Source: the human T2T-CHM13v2.0 reference genome, Homo sapiens. From it: a DNA stretch of 64,000 bases. Both the position numbers and the translations under genes were made by a program. The notes under the pieces were generated by a model. The model was not told where the DNA came from. It saw nothing but the letters and a program-made list of their open reading frames with translations, and ran no database searches. The stretch lies in the NCBI RefSeq assembly GCF_009914755.1, contig NC_060933.1; one strand, given 5' to 3'. This document shows, piece after piece, positions 44,219 to 58,163 of the stretch; positions within the stretch are counted from its first letter, which is position 1; every line of letters starts with the position of its first letter.

Positions 44219-44966
44219 GGTCACTGCAGCTCTCAGCTCCTGCAGTGCAGCCACTGCCTGCCCCATCAGCTTCCCAGACCATGTCCAACCTCGAGCGCAC
44301 CTTTATCTCCATGAAGCCACACGGTGTGCGGTGGGGCCTGCTGGGCAATGTCATGAGGCACTTTGAGCTGAAGGGATTCCACCTTTGGGCCTCTGAGGAA
44401 CACCTGAAGCAGCTCTACCCTGACCTGAAAGACTGTCCATTCCTCCCTGGGCTGGTGAAGTACATGAACTCATGGCCATGGAGGAGGGACTGAGTGTAGT
44501 GGAGACAGGCCGAGTGATGCTTGGGAGACCAATCCAACGGATTCTAAGCCAGGCACCAGTGGCGGGGACTTCTGCATTCAGGTTGGCAGGGACATCATTC
44601 ATGGCAGTGACTCAGTAAAAAGTGCTGAAAAATAAATCAGCCTATGGTTTATGGCTCCATGTCCCCAAATACCCTCAGCCCTGGGAAACCAAGACAGTTG
44701 ATGGCACTACATATTTCCAAGGTCAGAGTCTGTGGGTGGGAAAAACTTAACCTGAAGAGCTGGTTGATTACAAGTCTTGTGCTTATGACTGGGCCTATGA
44801 ACAAGAGGTGGACACAGCAGCGGTCTTCTTCAGCACTGCTTGGAGTGTCCCTGGACATGGTTCTTCATTCCATTGACTTGGAAGCAACAGGATTGATCAT
44901 TCTTTTCTAAAGAATATTTACCAATAAAGCCTTTGGAAACTGGAAACAAACAAATAAACAAACAAA
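44219..44966 (+). pseudogene. Processed pseudogene of NME2 (nucleoside diphosphate kinase B)
   Basis: Intronless. ATG at 44281 gives [14 protein letters not shown]...[24 protein letters not shown]; later [23 protein letters not shown] in another frame. Lesions: in-frame deletion, frameshifts, ~97-bp insertion, parental stop read as CAA. Keeps the parental 3'UTR, AATAAA (44923-44928), an (AAAC)n-decayed tail and a degenerate TSD (44203-44218 vs 44967-44982). Confidence 0.93.
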
Positions 44967-45626
44967 AAGGAATCTGAATGCATATGTGATGTAAATGGGT
45001 CAAAGATGGGCCCTGTTTCTTGGTCCTCATGTGTTGAACTTCTTCGCAGCAGGCTAGGACCATGAACTCGAAGCCTGCCAGCACCAATTCAAATTTTTAC
45101 ACATATTACTTTAAATATAGCCCCAATAAGCCTATTTTTAGACCATTAGAGCCTGACTTCTTTGCACACCCCACAAAACTGCACCCAACACCTGTTAACC
45201 ATATATAAGATACATTCTGTAGCTACTAAAAACCCCAACAGACCTGCTGCTCTTCAGAACTCTGACCCAGAGGCTCCCCACCTTGCTGCTGAGTGACACT
45301 GCCTAGACCCGTGTACCCCCTCTCCCATTTCCCTCTCCACTCAGTGCTCTCTTTCCCTCTTCCCTTCCAGGTGGTGGCCCCATGCCTGCAGCTCTCTCTA
45401 GATCAGCTCTTGGTAGGAAGAACACCCTTTCTTTCTTATGCAACCTTGTCACAGCACTATCAAATAAGCTTGTTGTGCAATATTGCCATCTCATCTTTTC
45501 CTTAATCAGTCCTGAAATTTACAAACTTACCACAGTACCTATCTTATCTTAACCATGATCCAGGACTAAATTTCAGCTATATCAAGGATTAATTAGGCTT
45601 CTGGAAACATAACCATCAGAAATATG

Positions 45627-45739
45627 TAGTGTCATCAACTGTCTTGGTTTCCCAGGACTGAGGGTATTTGGGGACACGGAAATTTTAGTACTAGAACTGG
45701 GAAGGGGCGCAGGCAAACCACAATGAATTGATCACCCTA
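45627..45739. mobile_element. MER81-like hAT-Blackjack MITE
   Basis: 113 bp with degenerate TIRs tagtgtcatcaa...ttgatcacccta; colinear with the recalled MER81 consensus. Confidence 0.75.
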
Positions 45740-46849
45740 GGAATAACTGTTTCTAATAACTGTTTCTTATAACTGCACCCCCAATTACTGATTTCAAGTC
45801 AACTTAGTGAGAACCTTTGGAGACAGACTGTTGGAAAGTATCTGTGCTCACTTTACTCAATGCAATCCAGCTTTTAAGTAGGGCCGGCTATGTGTATCTT
45901 AATATGATTTTCAACAGCTTCCCCTGGAAATCTTTATGTTCAGTAATATTTTACACAGACCAAAACTGGGATACCAAGGACGTCAAGAGAATATTCATGA
46001 CTTGGCTAAGAGTCAAAGAAAGATTTTATGGTGACCCAAGAAAAGAGTCAATAAATAGCCAGTCTTTCTTTAGAAATTGTTCTTTAAAAGCTTGATTATT
46101 TCTGGTTTCTGGTCAAAATTTACTCCAGGAAGACTAGACAGGCCATGCTGGCCAAAAGCCCAATTTTCAGGGCAGCTGCCCTTGAAGTTGGGAGAAATTT
46201 TATTAACAATAAAGTTCCAAGGTCAGAATCTGCAGGTGGGAAAAACTCATGGTTGAAAATTGCCAATAAAAGACAAGTTCAGTGGTCCGTGCCTGCAATC
46301 TCAGTGACTTAGGAGGCTGAGATTGGAGGATCGCTTGAGTTTAAGAGTTCATGACCAACCTGGGCAACATAGTGACACCCTGTCTCTAAAAAACAAAAAG
46401 AAAAAGAAAAAAGAAAATTGTAACAAACACCGATGAAATCAAACTGAGTCATGCGTATCAATTTGGGTGAAGTTTTCAGGAATCTCTAAATCTATTTTCT
46501 TGGTAGCCAGGAAAAACAGCAACAACAAAACCTTATAGGGATGAACTCGTTCTCTAAATTTAAACTCCTTGTTTAATACGCTTTTAGCAGGAGATCATCT
46601 GAATCTGTTAAAAAGGCACACTTCTCATGATGTTTGTGTTAGTTTGGGTTCTCCCCAAAAACAGAGCCTGAGAAAAGAACTCAGGTGTAGAACATGGGAG
46701 GCGATCCCAGGAAACAGGAGAAAGGGAACTGGAAGAATGAACAGGGAAGGAGAAAATCAATATAAGGAAGGGTACATTATCAGGGTTACTGCCATGGGCA
46801 GTGTGGGCTCAGTTCTCTCAGGAACGCTGAAAAAGAAAAAAGTTCTTGT

Positions 46850-47300
46850 GGGTCAGGAATTTGGGAGCAGCTTGTCTGGGCAGTTATGGCTCTAGGTTTT
46901 TCATAGGTAGCTGTTAGATGTTTGCAGGGGCTATGATCATCTGAAGGCTTGTCTGAGGCTGGGGGATCCCTCTCTAAGGTGACTCACTAATGTGGCTAGC
47001 AAGTTAATGTTGGCTTTTGGCCTTAGGCCTCAGCTCCTCTCCACATGAGCCTCTCCACAGGGCTGTTTGATTGTCCTAGCAATACAGCGGCCAGCTTCCT
47101 CCAAAACAAGTGATCCAAGAGATAAAAATGGAATACACAATGCATTTTATGATGTGGCCTTGGAAGTCACACACTGTCACTTCTTTCATATACCATTGAT
47201 CACACAGACCAGACCTGATTCAATGTGGAAGAGGCTATGTGAAGGTGTGAATTCCAGGGAAACAAGATTCTTTGTGGTCATCTTGTAGGCAAGCTGCCAC
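46850..47300 (-). mobile_element. Old MLT1-type LTR fragment
   Basis: ggtcaggaatttgggagcagctt...tggaagtcacacactgtcacttc; similar to 52244-52700. Confidence 0.6.
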
Positions 47301-47346
47301 CTAGCCTCAATTTCCTAGCCACCATGTTCTTGAGAGGATTAAATGA

Positions 47347-47650
<304 letters not shown>

Positions 47651-48795
47651 GCATATAAAGTTCTTAATACATTACCTGGTATAGTAAATACTCAATAAAT
47701 ATTAGTTATCACTATTGTTATGAGCTTCTCTTTTCTTTTATCTTCTTTCCACCCAGAGACAGACCATCTTCATAGTAGCTGCCATGATTGTAAATTAGTG
47801 TACAGCTGATTGTTTAACTGAATTGAATGTTTAGTTTCAAAGCCTAATCTGGGCGTAATATGTGAGTAGAAAATCCTAATGCAACATTTAAGTTTTTGAA
47901 GGGCAGCAGGTTATCTGAAAGCTTGATAGCTCTTTCAGTTTGAAAGCTGTTGTCTGATCATCACCCCTTTCACTTTCGTAGCTCTGGACCCAGTTGAAGC
48001 CCAAGGACTTAGCTCTACTTCCTCCACCCCTGGCACCTGCTTGTCATGCTAAGAATTGATCCTCTGAGAGAGGCTGGAGGCCATAAAAATTCACCTGTGT
48101 CCCTCACACCCTGGTGGGTTTCCTGATGGGTCTGAATCTCCCTCCCTAACCCACACCCCTAGCTTTCACCAGGACTCTTTGGAACCAGAAGAGCATTCTG
48201 CATATTTCTTTGGTTTGATTCCTATGTTTGAGGTCTGGCTGTGTGGACAGATTTTATTACTTTATGTCTCCCAAACTGCTCAAATCCTCACCTAGGTGGC
48301 ATTTTAACCTAGTTTCCTTTTCCCCAGCTGGTGAAGCAGTGGTGTATGAATAAATCCAACATCCTTGGCAGGAGAAAAACTTTTTGTCTGATTACTAGAG
48401 CTACAAAATATCTCCTTTGTCCTGTTGTACTTTTGGGGTAACATGATAGTCCACTCTTTCCTGCTCTTCTGTCTGTATTTGCTGTTATGGACCATATTTG
48501 CTTTCTCCATCCTTAGCCATGGCCGTGTTTGTTTTGACATCCATAATATCCTTAGACGAGCGCTGTGGTTCTTAGCCTTGGCTGCGCATTAGAACCACCT
48601 GAGAGCTTAAAAACTTCTCAATACCCTGGCTAAACACCAGAACAATTATATAGGGATCTCTGGGCGTGGAATCCAGGCACCAGTATTTTTTTCAAGCTTC
48701 CTATGTTGATTCCAATGGGCAGCCAAGTTTGAAGACAGTGATTCTCAGACTTTTTAAACTTAGAACCCCTCACCTCTCTTAAAAATTATTGAGGA

Positions 48796-49108
<313 letters not shown>

Positions 49109-49274
49109 TCATGTCGATTATATTTAGATATTTACTGTATTAGAAGTTAAAACAAAAAGTTTAATTCATTCACTTAAAAGTAATAACAAACCTATTATAT
49201 GTTAATATAAATAACATTTTTTAAAAATGAGAAATAGCTATATTTTCAAAAAACTAGAACAGCAGCTTTTTTTT

Positions 49275-49588
<314 letters not shown>

Positions 49589-49922
49589 TACATTGTTTTT
49601 AAATAACTTTAATGCCTGGTTTAATAAAAAAAAAGCTTGGATTCTCATATCTGCTTCTATATTCCATCTGTTGGGAGTGCAGCATGTCATGTGGCCTCTG
49701 GAAATCTCTATATTCATAATGAGAATAAAAAAGGCAAATTTTTATATTATCATGAAAATAGTTTTGACTTTGTGGACCCTTCTTTGGGTTCCCCAGGCCA
49801 CACTTTGAGAACTGATGTGCTAGAAGACTGTAGAGTGAATGATGCCAAGGGAGTTAGTTAACAAGCGTCTCTTTTCACCTCACTTTCAACTACCCTTCAG
49901 TTCTCCCTGCCCTTATTACTGT

Positions 49923-49941
49923 CGGCCTCTAGAGGGAGCGC
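49923..49941 (+). promoter_or_regulatory. Candidate CTCF site (CGGCCTCTAGAGGGAGCGC)
   Basis: Core-motif match within a small cluster of five retained CpGs (49921-49965) in otherwise CpG-depleted unique DNA. Confidence 0.6.
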
Positions 49942-50289
49942 GAGGTCCTTTACGCCAACACCCGCAGGCTGCTGCAGCTGAGGCCAAATTTTAAGTACCT
50001 GCAGGAGCTACAACATTAGGGAAGGGGGATCTTGGGTTATAAGAAAAGGAATGAAAGTTTTTCTTTTCCTCCTCCTTTTTGTTCTCCTTCTTTTTCTGTT
50101 CCTCGCTCTCCCTCTTAGAATTCCTGAAGCAGTTGACATTTTTCTTTGTTGAGCTTTCCTATTATTCCCATTCAGTTGGTGCAATAAAGAGCAAGACAAG
50201 CAGAGATCCGAGAGTACAGGCTAGAACCATGGTTCTCCCCCTTCATATTCAGCAGAACCACCTGGGCAGTTTGTTTAAATGTAACTTCT

Positions 50290-50580
50290 GGCCGGGCGCG
50301 TGGCTCTTGCCTGTAATCCCAGCACTTTGGGAGGCCGAGGCGGGCAGATCACAAGGTCAGGAGATCCAGACCATCCTGGCTAACACGGTGAAACCCCGTC
50401 TCTACTAAAAATACAAAAAATTAGCCGGGCGTGGTGGCGGGCGTCTGTAGTCCCAGCTACTGGGGAGGCTGAGGCAGGAGAATGACGGAACCTGGGAAGT
50501 GGAGCTTGCAATGAGCCGAGATCTCGCCACTGCACGCCAGCCTGGGGGACAGAGCGAGCCTCTGTCTCAAGAAAAAATAA
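50290..50580 (+). mobile_element. AluY (CpG-rich) inside a MER5-like fossil
   Basis: accatcctggctaacacggtgaaaccccg; many intact CpGs. Confidence 0.95.
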
Positions 50581-52243
50581 AGTAGCTTCCGCTGTCCCTA
50601 CCACAAAAGCTGTTGATTTCATAGGACTAAGGTGAGACTCATGAATCAGCATTTCTAAGAGGACCCCAGGTGATTCTAATCCAGGTGTTCTGAGGACATG
50701 GTTTTGAGAAACAGTTACCTGAGAGAAGAGGTCACCTGGGCCTACATATTTCAGGTAAAAGGAGCCTAAAGCTAAGTATACTTCGTGGGAGTGTAGAGTA
50801 AGCATGGCCCTCACCCAATGTGGCTAGAACCCTCTAGAACTCAGTATCCTGAATTTTAAACACATATCTCTCATTATGGCTAGAAAATTGCCTTTAAATT
50901 TTGCTTGTATCCCCGCTTCATCTAGAGTCTCTTCTTTCCAATGGAAACACTGGAATATGTTCATTGGGACCATCTAAGAATCATCTGAGACCAAGCTGCA
51001 TGACAAAGCAGCATCAGGTAAAGAAACTGGTGATATTTAACCTGTAGAAAGGAAAATTTGATACAGATTAGGGAGCCATCTTTCAATATATAAAGGCCTA
51101 CAAATGTGTTTTAAATGACTCTAAAGGTAACATTCAGAAAGTCATTGGTAACTTGGAGACAAAACAATGTTATTTGTTCTGCAGAATTTTCTGCAATCAC
51201 AGCTGCCCAAACAAGAAATGGACTGTCTTGGGAAGGGTGAGTTTATCATCACTGCAAGTATCTGAACACAGCTTGAACAATGACTTGGTAGGGATGACAT
51301 GGGGGTGATTCAACCACAGGTTAGGTGACTGAAGAAGACTTTGAAAGTCCTTTCCAACCTGGAATATTTGATCTATGCACTGAACAAAATGGAACTTTTT
51401 TTGCCCCCTTGTTATCCTACCTATTTCTCTGTGAAAGCCTCCCAGGCAAGGGACACACAAGACCAAGTCATGCTGCAGGTTTTATTCATGGTGGCTGTGA
51501 CAAATCTTGGACCTAAGTTGAACCAGAATCTATACACGCAGTTTGATTTGAGTCACTGAATTCCCTTCATCCTGAGAGTGCATGCATTTGTTGGGTACCC
51601 TGTTCTATCTTTTATTCCTACACCTGCAGAGTCCCTTAGTTCCTTGTACTCATAGTGTGGTCTCAGGACCAGGAGGAGCAACATCACCTGGGAGCTTCCT
51701 GGAGATGCAGAATCTCAGGTCCCGCTGAAAGAGACTGCAATTAACCTCTAACTTTGAGTTTAGAGGCAAATGCAATATATTCCCAACACAAAGTAGTCTA
51801 TAAAAGGAAGGCTCTTTCAGGAGAGGAATAGTGGTTTGTTGATCTTTGAGGGCCTTGCTCATAGCCAACTCTCAGAGTGTGTTGATGTGAAGTGGTTTAT
51901 CAAGCTAGATAAAGAAAGGAGGAGCAGCAGTACACCAGGAGAGGGTAAGTCGAAATGTCTCTTGGGAGTCAGGGAGGAGTTACAAAGTAGCAGAAGGACT
52001 CTGAAGATAGTCTCCGATATAAGCTTGATCCACCTCTCTACTTGTCTAGAGTGCATCAAGGTCTCCCTTGACATTATCACTTACAGCAGGCTATCCCATA
52101 GGGCTCACCAGGTACACTCAATTTACCAGTTTGTATAGATGTGAATCAGATCAATAGCCACCATGTGGCAGGGCCAGGACCTAATCCTTGTGTGCTCTGC
52201 TCTGTCTCCTATACCTAGAGCCAATGCCTCTCTTCTCTTATCC

Positions 52244-52700
52244 TGTATTAGTTAGCTACTGCTGCATAACAAATTAGCTCAAAATTCAGAGACCTAAAAC
52301 AATAATCATTTATTATCTCACATACTATCTGTGGATCGGGAATCCAAGGGGAACTTAGCTGGGTGATTTTGGTTCGAGATCTCTTTAAGATGTTTGCCAG
52401 GGCTGTCATTGTCTCTACAGAAGCTGGAGGATCTCACTCACATGACGATTGGCAGGAGGCCTCACTTTGTTATCAAATGGACATCTCCGTAACCTACTTG
52501 AAAGTCTTCATGATGAGGCAGCTGACCTTCTTCAGAGCCAGGGATCCACAAGAGAGCAAGGCAGAAGCTGCAGTGTATTTTTCCCCCCAGAATATCCTAT
52601 CAATTACACAAGTCAGCCCTATTCAATATGGGAGGGCATTTTACAAGCTCATGAATACAAAGAGGCCATTGGGGGCCATCTTAGAGCCTGGTGACTACAC
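52244..52700 (-). mobile_element. Old MLT1-type solo LTR
   Basis: Starts tgtattagttagctactgctgcataacaaa, ends gggggccatcttagagcctggtgactacac. Confidence 0.65.
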
Positions 52701-53609
52701 ACTCTTAGACTCTGCTCTCTCACTTTGATCATTAAGACAGACCACTTCTTCAACACACATGTCTACATATATAAACAGTATGTTACAAAAGCATGGCTCA
52801 TGACACAATCAAAACACAATTTTAAAGTAGCCTCCCACTATTCCTGTAAAATTATTCCATAAAGGTGATTTTCCTAGCCCTTGGTAGGCCCATGACTTAA
52901 CAGCTCACTCTTACACAACATCGAGACCTACTGTCACTTTACAAGGCAAACATAGTTAATTCATAAATTAGAATATCTACTCCAAAACAAATTAAAATGT
53001 TGAACTTGATTTAACTTTGCTTTTCCCCAGATGTCATCTGGTCCTGCTTTAGGCTGAAACTTATAGTTTAAAAAGGAAGTGTATTGTAGAGTGTCTGGTC
53101 AGAAAAATAGACACTGCTGTAGAGATGTCAAGAGAGAGGGACTTAATGCAGCACATTGGCTCCAAAGGGAAAAGGCTGAAGGAGCAAAAGAAGGAAAGTG
53201 ATGATGAAGCTGTGAGCTGGAGCTCATAACCCCACACTTGCTGTTCAACTGCTAGAGATGGGACTGCTGCTGCTGTGGGACCTGCTGGTTCTGCTGAGCA
53301 GAAATTCAGAAGGCTGCACTCCCAGCGATGCTGCCAAAACCACTACCAATGCTGCTCAAGGTCACTGTTAACGCCAGGTGATCTGCCTGGCTCAGCCTCC
53401 CAAAAGTGCTGGGATTACAGACATGAGCCACTGGGCTTTTTTTTTTTTTTAAATTATAGTCATCCTAGGGATGTGAAGTGGTATCTCTTGGTGGTTTTGA
53501 TTTGTATTTCTTTAATGACCAATGATATTGAGCATCTTTTCATGTACTTATTGGCCATTTGCTTATCATTTTTTCAGAGAAATTTATGTTGAAATCCTTT
53601 GCCTATTTT

Positions 53610-54262
<653 letters not shown>

Positions 54263-54356
54263 TTTGCCTATTTTAAAATTAGTGATTTATCAGTCCTATT
54301 GTTGAATTGTAAGTATTCTGTATATATTCTATACAAATCTCTTATCAGACATATTA

Positions 54357-54740
<384 letters not shown>

Positions 54741-55391
54741 TTATTTATTTATTTAATAACTTGTGCTTTTGGTTTTGTGTCCAAGAAACCACTGCCTAAT
54801 CCAAGGTTACAAGGATTTACTTCTGTTTTCTTTTTATGCTTTTATAGTTTTAGCACTTTCATTTCAGTCTATGATACATTATGAGTTAATTTTTTTATAT
54901 GGCGTAGAAGTCCAACTTCACTCTTCTGCATATGGCTACCCAGTGGTCTCAGTACCAGTTGTTGTCCCAGTACCACTGAATGGCCTTGCACCCCTGTTGA
55001 CAATCAATTGACTACAAATGTGAGAGTATTTCTAAACTCTTAATCCTATTCTATTCATTTTTCTGTCTACCTTTATGCCAGGACCATACTATCTACATTA
55101 CTATAGCTTTCTAGTAGGTTTTGAAACTGTGACATCTGAGTTCTCTGGCTTTGTTCTTTTTCAAGATTGTTTTGGCTATTGTGAGTTCTTTGAATTTCTG
55201 TATGAATTTTAGGATCACTTTGTCGATTTCTGCAAAAAAGGCAGCTGGAATTTTGATAGGGATTGCATTGAATCTGTATGTCAATTTGGAAAATATTTTT
55301 ATCTTAACAATATTAAGTCTTCTAATTTGTGAACTTGAGATGTGTTTTCATTTATTTCCATCTTCTTTCATTTCTTTCAGCAAGGTTTTAA

Positions 55392-55425
55392 AAGGCAGCT
55401 ATGCTCACCACTATATCAGCAACAC
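55392..55425 (-). pseudogene. 5'-half retrocopy of tRNA-Gly(TCC), truncated at the anticodon loop, inserted in an old L1
   Basis: Reverse complement GTGTTGCTGATATAGTGGTGAGCATAGCTGCCTT is 31/34 identical to the recalled tRNA-Gly-TCC 5' half GCGTTGGTGGTATAGTGGTGAGCATAGCTGCCTT; no 3' half follows. Confidence 0.85.
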
Positions 55426-56627
55426 CACATGACAATAGTACTTTCTAGTTTTCAGTGTACAAGTCTTGCCCTTCTTTTGTTAAATTTATGGCTATGTATT
55501 TTATTCTTTTTGGTGCTATTATAAATGGAATTATTCTTTAAATTTCTTTTGCATATTGTTCATTGCTAATGTACAGAAATATAAGTGTATCTTGTACAAT
55601 GATTGTACATCTTGCAACCTTATTGAACTTGTTGATTAGTTCTAACAGTTTGTGTGTGTGTGTGTGTGTATGCATGTGTGTGTGTGGATTCCTTATCATT
55701 TTTTACATACAACATCATGTCATCTGCAAATGGAGACAGTTTTATTTCTTCCTTTCCTATCTGGATGCCTTTTTTTTTTTCTTGCATAATTGCTCTGGCT
55801 AGAACTGAAAGTACATTGCTGAACAGAAGTGGTGAGAGAAGACATCCTTGTGTGTTCCTGGTCTTAGGATGGAGCAGCTAGTCTTTCACCTTTGGGTATG
55901 ATATTAATTGAAGTTTTTCATAGATGTCTTTTGTCAGGTTTAAGAAGTTCCCTTCTATTTCTAGTTTGTTGAATGCTTTCATTATTAAATACTGTTGAAT
56001 TTCATCAAATTTTTTTCCATATCTACTCTGATGATCATGTAATTTTTGTCCTGTATTCTATTAATATAGATTATTACATGACTGATTTTCAGATGTTGAA
56101 CATTCATGGAAAAAAATCACATGTCATGGTGTATATTTGTATATGTTGCTGATTTGGTTTGGGTTTGCTAGTGTTTTGTTGAGGACTGGACATGGAGTCT
56201 TTGATACATATTTGTTGAATGAATGAATGAATGAATGAATGTTTAGAGAGGGAAGGCCTTACTCATATAGGCAAGACCTACAATACATGCACATCATTTT
56301 GGGAAATTCAAGGATATCAGATTAAGTAGCCCTGAAGAGCTTAGCAAGATATATTATTGCAGAATCACCATGTGGAAAGGAGGTAGTTACATTGAAGCAG
56401 ACAGAACAGTGATCAGAATCAAAAGATGGGGATGATAGCCTTACTTTGCTAATTCCTAGCTAAAAATCTTATGTATTTAACTTATTTTAACAGGCTCCGT
56501 TTCTTCATCTGTAAAATGGAGGTGACATGTTGGGGGTAAGCTTGGGAAAGAATTATATTTAATTTAATAATCTTGCAGATACCTTCTAGCTCTAATAATT
56601 TATAATTATCTAAAATGCCATGTGAAA

Positions 56628-57657
<1,030 letters not shown>

Positions 57658-58163
57658 TAAAATGCCATGTGAAACTCAATTTTAAGGAGAACATTTTATA
57701 TGTTTTTGTAGTTCTCATTTAATGTCTCTGGAGTAGTTATGGGGAGAAAGATGATAAATGATTTTAACACAGTATAAAAATGTAAAGTCTATTTATAGGA
57801 GCACAGAAAAGAAAGTGGCTAGTCCTCTTTAAGGGAGTATGATTAAAATTAAAGAAAAGATGGCACTTGAGTTGGGTCCTGAGACATGAATAGGAGTTTG
57901 CCAGCTAGAGAAGGCGGAGTAGAGAGATGATATTTTTCTATGTTTCTGCTACTACATCTCCTAAGTTCTTACTTTAAAATTTTTAAGAGGTAAATATTTT
58001 ACTTGCTACTGAAATGTTTTTATAAATACTTTGTGAAAGAAAATCCCTTGGTCTAGAAAGGAATTTTGTATCTACAGAGAACTCAATAGTGTATTCTTAT
58101 CTTGCTGCTGAAGTCTGAATTTTCTGGACTGGGTATGTGATGGAAGTAAATTTGAACAGGCAG

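Noticed and set aside
44182-44493. 103-aa ORF with an NDP-kinase N-terminus as a possible functional retrogene
   Set aside because: Deletion, substitutions in conserved residues and a frameshift stop before the catalytic His motif; no promoter evident.
44715-46215. Exactly 1500-bp spacing between insert piece 2 and its donor
   Set aside because: Numerical coincidence; intervening indels would have altered any original spacing.
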